Notes: generated by a model not told the origin, from the sequence alone. A stretch of DNA of 64,000 nucleotides from Candidatus Eiseniibacteriota bacterium (GCA_963707915.1 OY970178.1:1984001-2048000); one strand, 5' to 3'. Counted from the first letter of the stretch, positions 50,442 to 61,089 are shown. A program made the numbers and translations.

Positions 50442-53400
50442 TCACCGGAGCAGCAGCATCTTCCGCTGCTGGACGACGCTCCCGACCTGCAGCCGGCAGA
50501 AGTAGACGCCGCTGGCGATCCCCTTCACGTCGAGGTCGACGCGGTAGCGCCCCGCGGCCTGCGGCTGGTCGACGAGCTTGCGCACCTCGCGGCCCTGCAG
50601 GTCGTACATCCGTAGCGAGACGTGCTGCGCCACCGGGATCGCGTAGGCGATGCTGGTGGAGTTGCGGAACGGGTTCGGCGCGTTCTGCGCGAGCATCACG
50701 GCGCGCGGGACGCCCAGGGTGACGTCGGTCACCCGCACGGAGTCGCTGCCGCCGAACTGGTAGTAGCGGGCGGTGAACTCCTGCAGGTACTGGTTGGCGA
50801 TGTCGGGGTCGTGGAGGATGAAGGTGTTCTCGTTGTTCGAGTTCTCCGCCGAGGCCGACCAGTTGTGCGAGCCGGTCAGGGTCACGCCGTCCCAGGTCGG
50901 GTTGTCCGCGTCCATCAGGGCGTACTTGTGGTGGAGCAGGCCCCCGCCGGTGTTCAGGCGCACGTCCACGCCCGACGCGACCAGGCCGGCGTATTCCGAG
51001 CCGGAGTCGGTGCCGTTGTCCAGGTCCCCGCGGACCTTGAGCCCGGCCGTCTTCCGCGCGATCAGGGCGGCGGCGATGTCCGACCGGGTCAGCGTGAGCA
51101 CCTCGAAGCCGACCGAGTGCTGGGCCGCGTTGATCGCCGAGATGATCTGCCAGTTCGCACCGTCGGAGGGGCTGAAGTAGCAGGACGCCGCGTGACCTCC
51201 GATGACGAACTTGTGCGGCGTGTCGTCCAGCTTGCGCGCCCCGAAGCGCGAGTTCGCGGCGTTCGGCACGTCGGTGTCGCTCCCCCACATCTCGTCGAAC
51301 TCGAGCGTGTAGACGACGGCCAGGGCCTGGTCCTGCACTTCGATCGCGTTCTGGTAGTCGCTGTTCGTGCCGGGGTCGGTGAGGTTCCACGACCCGGTCC
51401 ACACCCAGGTGCTCTCGGGCGCGCCGCCGCGCGAGTCGACCACGAAGAACTTGTCGTGCATGAGCCCGGCGCCGTAGTTGATCGGGTCGAACTTGTCGTC
51501 GATCAGCGGGATCCCGCTGCCGGCGACCGTGTTGAACGCGAGCGTGTTGCGGTTGTCGGCCTCGCAGATGACCCGCACCTTCACGCCCCGGTTCCTGGCG
51601 CTGACCAGCGCATCGGCGATGGTGCCGCCCACCGTGCCGCTCATGCTGTAGACCGCGCAGTCGATCGAGCGCCGGGCGTTGTCGATGCGCGTCTTGAGCC
51701 GCGCGACCAGGTCCTGGTTGCCGTTGGCCGGGTGCAGCCAGGCCACGGCCGTGTCCACGCTCTTGTTGAAGTAGGCATTGATCTCGCCCGTGGTCTGCGC
51801 GGGCGAGGCGGTGCAGAAGACGCGGGTGGTCGAGAAGTTGGCGCCGTTCACGTCGGCCGATCCGACGCTGTAGTGGTAGACGGTCGCCGGCGCAAGCCCG
51901 GGAAGCTCCACGTCGTGCGCGGTCACCGGGTCCGCGACGACCACGCTGTCGCCGAGCGCCGCGGTGAGCCCGTAGCGGACGATGCTGCTCGCGGCCACGT
52001 CCGTGGTCCAGTGCAGCTGCACCGACGAGGGCAGGATGTGGTCCTCGTAGGGGGTGGTGAGGATGATCGGGCCCGGGTGCCCGATGATGTCGTCGGGCGA
52101 GCGCGGCGAGATCTCGTAGTCGGCGGTGAAGGGCGGCGGAACCGGGTTGGTGCCGGCCTTGTACTGCTTGAGGATGCCGATCACGTCGAACACGCTCGGC
52201 GTCGGCGGATAGCTGAGCGGGATGTAGATCATCGTCGTGCCGGAGGCGTCGGTGATCATCGAGGTCGTCGAGTTGTAGCTCGCGCCGTTGATGCGGATCA
52301 GGCGGCCCTCGTTCGGCTCGGTGCCGTCCGGGTGGAACGTGGCGTTGACGTCGGCGCAGGTGACGACCAGCGGCTCCGGCGCCGGCCGGCCGGTGGCGAT
52401 CACCTGGAGCGAGGAGAAGTCCACCGTGATCTCCGTGAGGCCGCGGAACTGCGCGATCGACCCGCTGACGAGGACGCTGTCGCCGGGCGCGAGCGTGACC
52501 GGGGGCGCGCCGTAGGCGAAGCAGTCGATGCCACCCGTGCCGTCCTGCACGTAGAAGTCGGTGTTGGTGCCGCTCCAGTTCACGGTGACGGTGCCCGAGA
52601 CGGTCACCGAGGAGCCGGCCGCGTACGGCGCCGCCGCCACACCCGTCGTGGGGTCGTTGACGTGGACGCTCACGATCGGGACCAGCGTCACCACGCGGAC
52701 CTTCGGCTGCTTGACGACCTGGGTCAGCGTCCCGGACGCGACGGCGCTCCGCAGCGTGAAGGTCGTCGTACCGGTGGCGACCGGTGCGGTGAGGTTCGAG
52801 AGGGTCACCAGGCCGCTGTCCGCGGGGGTGACCGCGGCGCCGGCGATGAACAGCGTGTCGGCGACGAGCGAGGGCGTGGCGGAGGTGAAGGCCGTCCCCG
52901 TCAGGGCGACGTCCGTCAGCGAGCGCGACCAGGTCCAGTCCGACGGGATCAGGATCGCCAGGTCCGTCAGCGTGTAGGCCGAGTCCTGGGCGACGGAGAA
53001 CGCCAGCGAGGGCACGGCGTGCTCGGTGAGGACCGTGGCGGGCGCGGCGCTGCCGCGGCCGGTCCCGTTGCCTCCGGAGGCGAAGGCAGGCTCCGGCGGG
53101 TTGCCGCTGTTCTGCGGGTTGCGGCCGTTGGTCTGCGTGACGAAGTCGTTGCCGTTGACGTTGGTGTCCTGCCCGTTCCCGGCGAACTCCTCGGAGCCGC
53201 CCGCCGCGAGCGTCGCCGCGGTGGAGGTCACGGACGCCTTGCGCTCGACGCTGTTGCCATTCGCGCTCGTGCCGTGATTCGGCGCGGCCGCGCCGCCCTC
53301 GGGATTGACCGCGCTGCCCCAGCCGACCTTGTCCACCTCGACGGCCGAGGCGTCGATGATGCGCTCGTGGCCGTTGTCCGCCATGCCCGTGCCGGAGGTC

Positions 53401-53753
53401 CAGAGCCCCGAGGAGTAGTCCGCCGTGACCGAGCCCACGTACGACGTGTTGACGATCAGGTAGAACCCGTGCGGCTGGATGAGCGTGCCCGCGGGCAGGA
53501 TGGCGCGGTCGCTCCACGTGCTGCCGTTGGTCGCGGAGGAGTACTGGAGCTTCCAGCCGCCGATGTCGATCGCGGTGGCGGTCGGGTTGTAGAGCTCGAC
53601 GAACTCGTCGGTGGCGACCGCGGGCCCGCGCGTGGCGAACTCGCTGATGACGACGTGCGTGGCGGCCGCCTTGGCCGGGGGCACCGCGAGCAGGAGGAGC
53701 GCCAGGATCGCGAGCAGGACGGGAGCGCTGGAACGGCGTGGCAGGAGACGCAT
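50442..53753 (-). CDS. Large secreted protein: lamin-tail domain + OB-like + FN3-like + two PLD (HKD) domains + T9SS-type C-terminal domain
   Basis: Signal peptide; VVISEF...DEFVELYNPT; HDKFFVVD..WTGSWN and HHKYALMD..TGSHNWS; LAQNAPNPF...YDLQGREV...ASGVYFCRL...KMLLLR. Confidence 0.88.
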   Translation of the reverse strand: MRLLPRRSSAPVLLAILALLLLAVPPAKAAATHVVISEFATRGPAVATDEFVELYNPTATAIDIGGWKLQYSSATNGSTWSDRAILPAGTLIQPHGFYLIVNTSYVGSVTADYSSGLWTSGTGMADNGHERIIDASAVEVDKVGWGSAVNPEGGAAAPNHGTSANGNSVERKASVTSTAATLAAGGSEEFAGNGQDTNVNGNDFVTQTNGRNPQNSGNPPEPAFASGGNGTGRGSAAPATVLTEHAVPSLAFSVAQDSAYTLTDLAILIPSDWTWSRSLTDVALTGTAFTSATPSLVADTLFIAGAAVTPADSGLVTLSNLTAPVATGTTTFTLRSAVASGTLTQVVKQPKVRVVTLVPIVSVHVNDPTTGVAAAPYAAGSSVTVSGTVTVNWSGTNTDFYVQDGTGGIDCFAYGAPPVTLAPGDSVLVSGSIAQFRGLTEITVDFSSLQVIATGRPAPEPLVVTCADVNATFHPDGTEPNEGRLIRINGASYNSTTSMITDASGTTMIYIPLSYPPTPSVFDVIGILKQYKAGTNPVPPPFTADYEISPRSPDDIIGHPGPIILTTPYEDHILPSSVQLHWTTDVAASSIVRYGLTAALGDSVVVADPVTAHDVELPGLAPATVYHYSVGSADVNGANFSTTRVFCTASPAQTTGEINAYFNKSVDTAVAWLHPANGNQDLVARLKTRIDNARRSIDCAVYSMSGTVGGTIADALVSARNRGVKVRVICEADNRNTLAFNTVAGSGIPLIDDKFDPINYGAGLMHDKFFVVDSRGGAPESTWVWTGSWNLTDPGTNSDYQNAIEVQDQALAVVYTLEFDEMWGSDTDVPNAANSRFGARKLDDTPHKFVIGGHAASCYFSPSDGANWQIISAINAAQHSVGFEVLTLTRSDIAAALIARKTAGLKVRGDLDNGTDSGSEYAGLVASGVDVRLNTGGGLLHHKYALMDADNPTWDGVTLTGSHNWSASAENSNNENTFILHDPDIANQYLQEFTARYYQFGGSDSVRVTDVTLGVPRAVMLAQNAPNPFRNSTSIAYAIPVAQHVSLRMYDLQGREVRKLVDQPQAAGRYRVDLDVKGIASGVYFCRLQVGSVVQQRKMLLLR

Positions 53754-53929
53754 CGGGACTCCTCATCTGGGATGGGTTGGACGGCGGTCTCGTGCCTCAA
53801 GCGTATCACGGGGGGGGCGGTGGCACGTCATGCCCCGCGGCAGGGGCCGCCGCGCGCCGGACCGCCCCGGGAGCGCACGCGGGCCGGGTCCCGGGCGCCC
53901 GCACCGCCGCGGAGGCCCACGGCGCCCGT

Positions 53930-54814
53930 CTACGCCTTCCCGGCCAGCATCCCCTCGAGCCCGCGCAGCTCCGCCGTCACCTCGTCCATCTCGGCCAGGT
54001 CGGGCGCCACGCCGTGGACGCCGTGCTCCAGCGCGTAGCGCACGCCTTCCGCCAGACTGCAGAGCCCGCCTGCCCGCAGGTCGGCGGCGACGAACGGCAC
54101 GCCGCCCAGCGCGAGCTCCTTCAACGTCTCCGCGGGGCGCGGCTTCATCCCCAGGCCGCGCGGGTTCACCGGGCCCACGACGAAGTCGGGGCCGACGCCC
54201 CATTCGCGCAGGCGCTGCACCAGCAACCCCGGGTTGCGGGTCTCGAAGCCCGCCGCGGCGCGGAAGCGCGAGCGCACGAAACGCGGCAGCGATTCGAAGA
54301 ACCGGCGATGCCCGCCCGCCAGCGCCGCGTCGGTGAGCGGCGCGGCGATGACGATGCCGGCCAGGCCACGGCGCGGCAGCAGGCGCGCCCCGGCCTCGAG
54401 CAGCACCGGCGCGCGCGCCGCGAGGTCGCCGCGGCGGAACGCGGCGAACCGCACGAACCCGGCCAGGTTCATGCGCAGGCGCCCGGCGAGGTCCGCGTCG
54501 CGGCGCGCGCGCGCGATCAGCGGCTCCACGCCGGGATCGAGCATGCGATAGGCCTGCGGGCTCAGCGCGGGCAGGACGGCGTAGATCGGCACGGTGCGCG
54601 CCAGCTCGGCCAGCGCGGTGCGCAACGCGGGCGAAGGCGAGCCGAGCACGCCGGCGGCCCCCGCGTCCACCGCCTTCACCAGGGTCACGGCCAGCGACTC
54701 GGGCTCGCGGAAGCGGTTCTGGATCTCGAGCAGGCGCTCGCGCGGAGCGCGGGTCACGCCGTCCAGCGAGCGCACCGACAGCAGCAGCCGGGGCGCGGCG
54801 TAGGTGCGCTTCAC
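53930..54814 (-). CDS. Hypothetical protein (possibly TIM-barrel / aldo-keto-reductase-like)
   Basis: GTG 54814 overlaps the upstream stop (GTGA); high GC3; GFETRNP, PVNPRGLGMKP. Confidence 0.6.
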   Translation of the reverse strand: MKRTYAAPRLLLSVRSLDGVTRAPRERLLEIQNRFREPESLAVTLVKAVDAGAAGVLGSPSPALRTALAELARTVPIYAVLPALSPQAYRMLDPGVEPLIARARRDADLAGRLRMNLAGFVRFAAFRRGDLAARAPVLLEAGARLLPRRGLAGIVIAAPLTDAALAGGHRRFFESLPRFVRSRFRAAAGFETRNPGLLVQRLREWGVGPDFVVGPVNPRGLGMKPRPAETLKELALGGVPFVAADLRAGGLCSLAEGVRYALEHGVHGVAPDLAEMDEVTAELRGLEGMLAGKA

Positions 54815-55908
54815 GACGCCACCTTCACGCGGGCGCCGCCGGCCGCCGCCGAGCGGTAGAGCGCGTCCATCACGCGATGGGCGTCGAGCGCGGCGAAGGC
54901 CTCGTTCGGCGGCACCGCGCCACCCGCCACCCAGTCCAGGAAGGCGGCGTCGTGCGACCAGAGCGTCTCGCCGCCGAAGTCGAACCGCGCCGGCGCGTCG
55001 AAGTCGGCGTCGCGCAGGCGCGAGTAGCCGGTGGGGAAGCCGGCGCCGGCCCGCGAGAGGTCCAACTCCAGCGCCTCGTCCGACGCCAGCAGCTTGCCGT
55101 CGGGGCCGTCCAGCTCGATGACGGTCGAGGCCCGCGTGTATCCGGGCACGCTCCAGGAACAGTCGAACCCGACCTCCGCGCCGCCGGGCAGGGTCATCAT
55201 GCCGTGCAGCTCGTCCTCGACCGCGCCGTAGAGCAGGTTCCACTCGGCGCGGACCTCGACCGGCACGCCCAGCATCCGGACCAGCACGAACAGCAGGTCC
55301 GAACCGAGGTGGGCCACCACGCCGCCGGCCACCCGGCGCAGGTCGAGCCGGCCGGGGCCGCGCCGCGGACGGGGCGCGAACACGCGGGAGACGAACATGG
55401 CCGAGCGGGCGTGCTCCACCGGGCCGAGCGCCCCCTCCCGCACCACCTCGTGGACGCGCGCGAAGACCGGTTCGAAGGCGAGCGGGTGCCCCACGGCGAG
55501 CGGGATGCGGCGCTTCGAGGCCAGCTCGACCAGCGCCTCGGCCTCTTCGAGCGTGCGCGCCATGGGGCGCTCGACCAGGACCGGGATGCCCGCCTCGAGC
55601 ACCATCCGGGCCACCCGGGCGCGCTCGTGCTGCGCGACACAGACCACCACCGCCTCGGGACGGACCTTGTCGAGCAGGCGCTCGACGCGGGCGAAGGCCG
55701 GCATCGCGAAGCCCAGGCCGCGCAGCCCGGCGCGGGAGGAGGCGCGCGGATCGGCCACGGCGACGATCTCGCAGCCCGGGATGTGGGCCAGCATGGCCGC
55801 GTGCGCGACGCCGGCGCGGCCGAGGCCGACCACCGCCACGCGCTGGATGTTCGTGAGGGGCGTCGTCCGATCCTCGGTGTCGCCCGATGGGCCAGCCATG
55901 GCACTCAT
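54811..55908 (-). CDS. Gfo/Idh/MocA family oxidoreductase
   Basis: RVAVVGLGRAG, VAVADP, VLVERPMA (EKP variant), GGVVAHLGSD; only the 3' part of the 894-aa ORF. Confidence 0.88.
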   Translation of the reverse strand: MSAMAGPSGDTEDRTTPLTNIQRVAVVGLGRAGVAHAAMLAHIPGCEIVAVADPRASSRAGLRGLGFAMPAFARVERLLDKVRPEAVVVCVAQHERARVARMVLEAGIPVLVERPMARTLEEAEALVELASKRRIPLAVGHPLAFEPVFARVHEVVREGALGPVEHARSAMFVSRVFAPRPRRGPGRLDLRRVAGGVVAHLGSDLLFVLVRMLGVPVEVRAEWNLLYGAVEDELHGMMTLPGGAEVGFDCSWSVPGYTRASTVIELDGPDGKLLASDEALELDLSRAGAGFPTGYSRLRDADFDAPARFDFGGETLWSHDAAFLDWVAGGAVPPNEAFAALDAHRVMDALYRSAAAGGARVKVAS

Positions 55909-56000
55909 GGGGGGCAGGCTACACGCACAGGTCCCCCCGCGGCAATGCGGCGCGGTCCTCGCAGGGCCCCGTCGGGGGCCACGCTGACGGACGGCGGCGC

Positions 56001-59000
56001 TCAGGCCAAGCTGGCCTCGGAGTGCGGGACCCGGGCCGGCGCTGCGGCCAGGTCGGCCTCGGGGGACGCGTCGTGCGCCTTCGCGACCAGGGTGTAGATC
56101 GCGGGCACGACGAACAGCGTGAAGGCGGTGCCGATGATCATGCCGCTCACCAGCGTGATGCCGATGCTGTTGCGCGCGCCGGCTCCGGGGCCGCGGGCGA
56201 AGATCAGCGGCAGGTGGCCGAACACCGTCGCCGCGGTGGTCATGAGGATGGGCCGCAGCCGCGTGCCCGCTGCCTCGATGACCGCCCGCGCCTTGTCGTG
56301 TCCGGTCTCCTGCAGGTGGTTGGCGAACTGGACGATCAGGATGCCGTTCTTCGCGACCAGCCCGACCAGCGTGATGAGCCCGACCTGGCTGTAGATGTTG
56401 AGCGACGTGAACCCGAGGAAGGTGAACATCAGCGCGCCCGTGAGGGCCAGTGGCGCGGACCCCGCCAGGATCACGAACGGGTCGCGGAAGCTCTCGAACT
56501 GGGCCGCCAGCACCAGGAAGATCAGGATCGCCGACAGCAGGAACACCCCGAGGAACTTGCCGCCTTCGGCGCGCAGCTGGCGGGATTCGCCCGCGTAATC
56601 GATCGTGTACCCGCGCGGCAGGATCTTGCGGGCCTCGCCCTCGAGGAATCCCAGCGCGCGCTCGAGCGGCACGCCCGGCGGGATCACCGCCTGGATCCGC
56701 ACGGCGTTCAGCTGCTGGAACCGCTTGAGCTCGCGCGGTTGCGTGCTGTTCTGCAGCGTGGCGAAGGTGGACAGCGGCACCAGCTTGCCGTCCGGCCCGC
56801 TCACGTAGACCGTCAGCAGCTGCTCGGGCGTCAGCCGCTCGCTCCGCACGACCTGCGGGATGACCTTGTAGCTGCGTCCCTGGATGCTGAACCGGTTGAC
56901 GAAGTTGCCGCCGAGCATGACGGAAAGGTCCTGGCCGACCTGGCTCATGTTCACGCCCAGCGAGCGCACCTTGTCGCGGTCGAAGACGACCTCCGCCTGC
57001 GGCTGGTCGAACTTGAGGTCGGTGTCCACGAACATGAACATGCCGCTGGAGTAGGCGCTCTTCACCAGCTGGTTCGCAAAGGCCAGCAGCTGCTCCGGCT
57101 CGGCGGTGGCGGCGATGACCAGGTCCACGGGGAAGCTGCTGCCACCAGGCAGCGGCGCGGGCGTCACGGCGATCGCGCGGACACCGGGGATCTTCGAGAA
57201 CCCGCCGGCCACCTGCAGCTGGAGCTGGGCGGTGCTGCGCGTGCGCTCGTTCCAGGGCCGGGTGACCAGGCCGGCGAAGCCGCCGGCCGGCGTGGTGACC
57301 TGGAAGATGTTCCGGGTCTCGGGGAACGAGCGGTAGACGTCGTAGACGCGTGAGGTGAACAGCTTCGTCTGGTCGAGGGTGGCGTCCGGCGCCGCCTGCA
57401 CGATGCCGAAGATGACGCCCTGGTCCTCCTTCGGCGCCAGCTCGCGCGGCGTGAACAGGTAGAAGGGCACCATGAGCAGCACGACGATCAGCCACAGGAC
57501 CAGCACGACCGGGCGGTTCCGGATGGTCGCCCCCAGCATCCGCATGTAGAACTGGCGGAGGCGCTCGAACTGCCGGTTGATGTGGCCCGCGAAGCCGCGC
57601 TCGTCGTCACCGGAGCGCAGCATGCGGGAGCCCATCATCGGTGACAGCGTGAGCGCGACCAGTCCCGAGACGATGACGGCGCCGGCCAGGGTGAATGCGA
57701 ACTCCCGGAACAGCGCGCCGGTCAGGCCGCCCTGGATCGCCAGCGGCGTGTAGACGGCGGCCAGCGTGATGGTCATGGCGATGATCGGGCCCACCAGCTC
57801 GCGCGCCGCGAGGATCGCGGCGGTCATGGGCTTCTCGCCCCGCTGCACGTGCCGCTCGATGTTCTCGAGCATGACGATCGCGTCGTCGACCACCAGGCCC
57901 ACCGACAGCACGATGGCCAGCAGCGTCAGCAGGTTGATGGTGAAGCCCGCGACCTGCATGAGGAACACCGCGCCGATGAGCGAGATCGGGATGGCGACGA
58001 CCGGGATGATCAGGCCGCGCACCGAGCCGAGGAACAGGAAGATGACGAGGATGACGATGAGCAGCGTCTCCGCCAGGGTCTTGAGAACCTCCCGGATGGA
58101 GTCCTCGATGTATGCCGTCGAGTCGTACGGGATGCCCGCCGTCATCCCCTCGGGCAGTTGGGCCTGGACCTCCTTCATGGCCTCGCGCACCCGCCGGATG
58201 ACCTCGAGCGTGTTCGCGGTCGGCAGCACCCAGATCCCCATGAAGGTCGCCGCCTGCCCGTTGAACCGCACCTCGCTGTCGTAGTCCTCCGCGCCGAGCG
58301 CCACGTCCGCGATGTCGCCCAGGCGCACGACGTCGCCGCCCTGCTGCTGGACCACCAACTGGCGGAAGTCCTCGGGCGACTTGAGGTCGGTGTTGGCCAC
58401 GAGGTTCACCGACACCATGGTGCCCCGCGTGCGGCCCAGCGCGGACAGGTAGTTGTTCTGCGCGAGCGCGTTCCACACCTGCGACGGCGACAGCCCGTGG
58501 GCGGCCATGGGCTCGGGCTTGAGCCAGATGCGCATGGCGAACGTGCGCCCGCCGAGGATGTCGGCGCGCTGGACGCCGCTCACCGCGCTCAGTCGCGGCT
58601 GCACGACGCGCGTGAGGTAGTCGCTGATCTGGTTCTGGTCGAGGTCCTTCGAGGCGAAGCCCAGGTACATCGCGGCGAACTGCGACTCGGCGGTCTGCAC
58701 CTGGATGATGGGCGCCTCGGCCTCGGGCGGCAGGTCGTTGCGCACCTGCGCCACCTTGGCCTGGACCTGGGTGAGTGCCGCGTTGGTGTCGTAGTTGAGC
58801 TTGAGATGCACCGTGATGGTGCTGACGCCCTGCGCGCTCGACGACTCCAGGTAGTCGATGCCGTCGGCGCTGGCGATCACGCGTTCGATCGGCGTGGTGA
58901 TGAACCCGCGCACCAGGTCGGCGTTCGCACCCACGTAGACCGTGGTCACCGTCACCACGGCGATGTCCGTGCGCGGGAACTGCCGCACGCTGAGCGAGCG

Positions 59001-59087
59001 GATCGACTGCAGCCCGGCGATCAGGATCACCAGGCTGACGACGATCGCCAGGACCGGCCGGCGGATGAACAGGTCGGTGATCTGCAT
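56001..59087 (-). CDS. RND efflux permease (AcrB/MexW-like, HAE1)
   Basis: FIRRPVLA, GLVVDDAIVMLEN, GALFREFA, AKNGILIV, RLRPILMT. Confidence 0.96.
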   Translation of the reverse strand: MQITDLFIRRPVLAIVVSLVILIAGLQSIRSLSVRQFPRTDIAVVTVTTVYVGANADLVRGFITTPIERVIASADGIDYLESSSAQGVSTITVHLKLNYDTNAALTQVQAKVAQVRNDLPPEAEAPIIQVQTAESQFAAMYLGFASKDLDQNQISDYLTRVVQPRLSAVSGVQRADILGGRTFAMRIWLKPEPMAAHGLSPSQVWNALAQNNYLSALGRTRGTMVSVNLVANTDLKSPEDFRQLVVQQQGGDVVRLGDIADVALGAEDYDSEVRFNGQAATFMGIWVLPTANTLEVIRRVREAMKEVQAQLPEGMTAGIPYDSTAYIEDSIREVLKTLAETLLIVILVIFLFLGSVRGLIIPVVAIPISLIGAVFLMQVAGFTINLLTLLAIVLSVGLVVDDAIVMLENIERHVQRGEKPMTAAILAARELVGPIIAMTITLAAVYTPLAIQGGLTGALFREFAFTLAGAVIVSGLVALTLSPMMGSRMLRSGDDERGFAGHINRQFERLRQFYMRMLGATIRNRPVVLVLWLIVVLLMVPFYLFTPRELAPKEDQGVIFGIVQAAPDATLDQTKLFTSRVYDVYRSFPETRNIFQVTTPAGGFAGLVTRPWNERTRSTAQLQLQVAGGFSKIPGVRAIAVTPAPLPGGSSFPVDLVIAATAEPEQLLAFANQLVKSAYSSGMFMFVDTDLKFDQPQAEVVFDRDKVRSLGVNMSQVGQDLSVMLGGNFVNRFSIQGRSYKVIPQVVRSERLTPEQLLTVYVSGPDGKLVPLSTFATLQNSTQPRELKRFQQLNAVRIQAVIPPGVPLERALGFLEGEARKILPRGYTIDYAGESRQLRAEGGKFLGVFLLSAILIFLVLAAQFESFRDPFVILAGSAPLALTGALMFTFLGFTSLNIYSQVGLITLVGLVAKNGILIVQFANHLQETGHDKARAVIEAAGTRLRPILMTTAATVFGHLPLIFARGPGAGARNSIGITLVSGMIIGTAFTLFVVPAIYTLVAKAHDASPEADLAAAPARVPHSEASLA

Positions 59088-60211
59088 CAGCTGTTCTTCG
59101 GGCTGGGCGCGAGGCTGTTCGACGGCTGGACCCGGTTGTCCACGATCACGGCCGCGTGCGGCCGCAGCTTGAACGCCCCCGAGGACACGACCTCCTCCCC
59201 CGGCTTGACCCCATCGAGGATCACCACCTGGTCGCCCTGCGTGGCGCCCAGCCTCACGAACTGCTGGCGCACGCCGAGGTAGCCCTTGCCGTCCGGGCCG
59301 GTCTGCTTCTCGACGATGAACACCGAGTTGCCGTACGGGGCATAGCTGATGGCCGAGGCGGGCAGGGCGATGAGCGGGGCGCTCGTGCCGAACATGACCT
59401 TCACCGTCACGTAGGCGCCCGCCCGCAGGCGGCCCTGCCGGTTCCGGAAGGTCGCCTGGACCTGCACGTTCCGCGTCGCCTCGTCCACCACCGGGTTCAC
59501 CGCGGTGATCCGCCCGACGGCCGTCGTCCGCGCGCCGCTGTCGGACGCCTGGACCGTGGCGCCGACGCGGATCGCCCCGACCTGCTGCTGCGGCACGGCG
59601 AAGTTCACGTAGATCGGGTCCTCGGTCTGGATCGGCACGATCGGGTCACCGCTGCGCACGTACTGGCCGAGGTTCACCTGGCGGATGCCGACCACGCCGG
59701 TGAACGGCGCCCGGATCGTCTTGCGCCCGATGCTGGCCCGGATCGCGTCGGCCGCCGCTTTCGACTCGGCGAGCTGCGCGACCAGGTCGTCGTAGTCCGA
59801 GTGCGAGATGAGCTGCTGGTCGAACAGCTTCTTCCCGCGGTCGAGGCGGGTCTGGTCGAGCCCGCGCTGCGCCTCGGCCGAAGCCAGCTGGGCGCGCTCC
59901 TGCCGCGTGTCGAGCAGGACCAGCGTCTGGCCGGCGCGCACGTGGGCGCCCGACTCGAACGCGATGCTGTCCACCACGCCGGGCTGGTCCCCGCTGAGCA
60001 TGACGCCCTGCACCGGGGCGACGCTCCCGGTCGCCTCGAGCGAGGCCTCCCACCGCTGCGGCCGGGCGACCACCGTGGTCACGGCCTCGGGTGGGGGCGC
60101 GAAGGACTTGCCCATCGCCATCGCCACCCGGATCTGCTGGAACTTCACCAGGCCGAGGGCGGTGACCACCACCACGACGGCCAAGAGCATCTGGAGCATA
60201 CGCCTGTTCAT
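59087..60211 (-). CDS. RND periplasmic adaptor (membrane fusion protein)
   Basis: N-terminal TM; FESGAHV, IRAPFTGVVG, VDEATRNV, GVKPGEEVVSSG.FKL; coupled to the permease. Confidence 0.94.
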   Translation of the reverse strand: MNRRMLQMLLAVVVVVTALGLVKFQQIRVAMAMGKSFAPPPEAVTTVVARPQRWEASLEATGSVAPVQGVMLSGDQPGVVDSIAFESGAHVRAGQTLVLLDTRQERAQLASAEAQRGLDQTRLDRGKKLFDQQLISHSDYDDLVAQLAESKAAADAIRASIGRKTIRAPFTGVVGIRQVNLGQYVRSGDPIVPIQTEDPIYVNFAVPQQQVGAIRVGATVQASDSGARTTAVGRITAVNPVVDEATRNVQVQATFRNRQGRLRAGAYVTVKVMFGTSAPLIALPASAISYAPYGNSVFIVEKQTGPDGKGYLGVRQQFVRLGATQGDQVVILDGVKPGEEVVSSGAFKLRPHAAVIVDNRVQPSNSLAPSPKNS

Positions 60212-60456
60212 GGGGTGTTCTCCCGAACGGTCAGGAGGCACTGGGTGGACCTCGGCCCCCGGGCCGTGCGCCTCCGGCTACCCTGATTCCGCACCGGGCC
60301 CGGCGGCTGAGCCCGCCGGACCTGGGACGCTGCCATGGACCCGATAGGATGCGTTCGGTACGGGGGGGGATTCCTTCCAGCGGACGGAGCCCCTTACCCG
60401 GGGGCCCGGAACCCGCATTCGCGGGCCGGCCGGCCGGCGACGACCGCAGGCGCGCA

Positions 60457-60486
60457 AGGCCCCCGGGACGCCCGTCCCGGGGGCCT
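60457..60486 (-). terminator. 14-bp perfect hairpin terminating the second kor operon
   Basis: aggcccccgggacg-cc-cgtcccgggggcct, 34 nt after the korC stop. Confidence 0.65.
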
Positions 60487-60519
60487 CGTTCGATCGCGCG
60501 ACCGGTCCGCTGCTCCCGG

Positions 60520-61089
60520 TCAGCCTCCCGTCGCCGCCGGGGTGCGTCCGACGAGCAACTCCTCGGCGAACTCGCGGCCCTTCTCGAAGGCCTTCATGTT
60601 CAGCTCTTCCGTGCCCGCCGGGACCGAGTGGCGCAGCGCCTCCCGCATGGCCTCCATCGGCACCAGCCGGGTGATCGCCGAGAAGAAGCCCAGCATCACC
60701 ACGTTCTGCACCAGCACCCGGCCGAGCGACTCGGCGATCTGGGTGGAGGGAATGCCATAGGCACGCTGCCCGGGCTTGACGACCGGGTGGACCAGGTTCG
60801 CCTCGTAGACCACCACGCCGTCGTCCTTCAGCTCCTCCTTGTACAGCTCGAAGCCCTCCGACGACATCGCCACGAGGACGTCCGGATGCCGCACGTACGG
60901 ATAGAGCACCTCGGTCTCCGACATCGCCAGCGTGGCGCTGCACGCGGAGCCGCGGGCCTCGGGGCCGAAGCTCTGGATCATCGCGGCGTGCTTGCCGGCG
61001 TGGACCGCCCAGGCGCGCCCGATCACGGTGCTGATCAGCACCACGCCCTGCCCGCCGTAGCCGGTGACGCGGACCTCAGTCCTGCCCAT
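60520..61089 (-). CDS. korC: 2-oxoacid:ferredoxin oxidoreductase gamma subunit (second copy)
   Basis: ATG 61089; TGYGGQG, QSFGPEARG, NVVMLG, NMKAFEKG. Confidence 0.92.
   Translation of the reverse strand: MGRTEVRVTGYGGQGVVLISTVIGRAWAVHAGKHAAMIQSFGPEARGSACSATLAMSETEVLYPYVRHPDVLVAMSSEGFELYKEELKDDGVVVYEANLVHPVVKPGQRAYGIPSTQIAESLGRVLVQNVVMLGFFSAITRLVPMEAMREALRHSVPAGTEELNMKAFEKGREFAEELLVGRTPAATGG

Noticed and set aside
56001..60211. RND pump lacking an outer-membrane factor gene
   Set aside because: Common arrangement; TolC-like partners are often encoded elsewhere.
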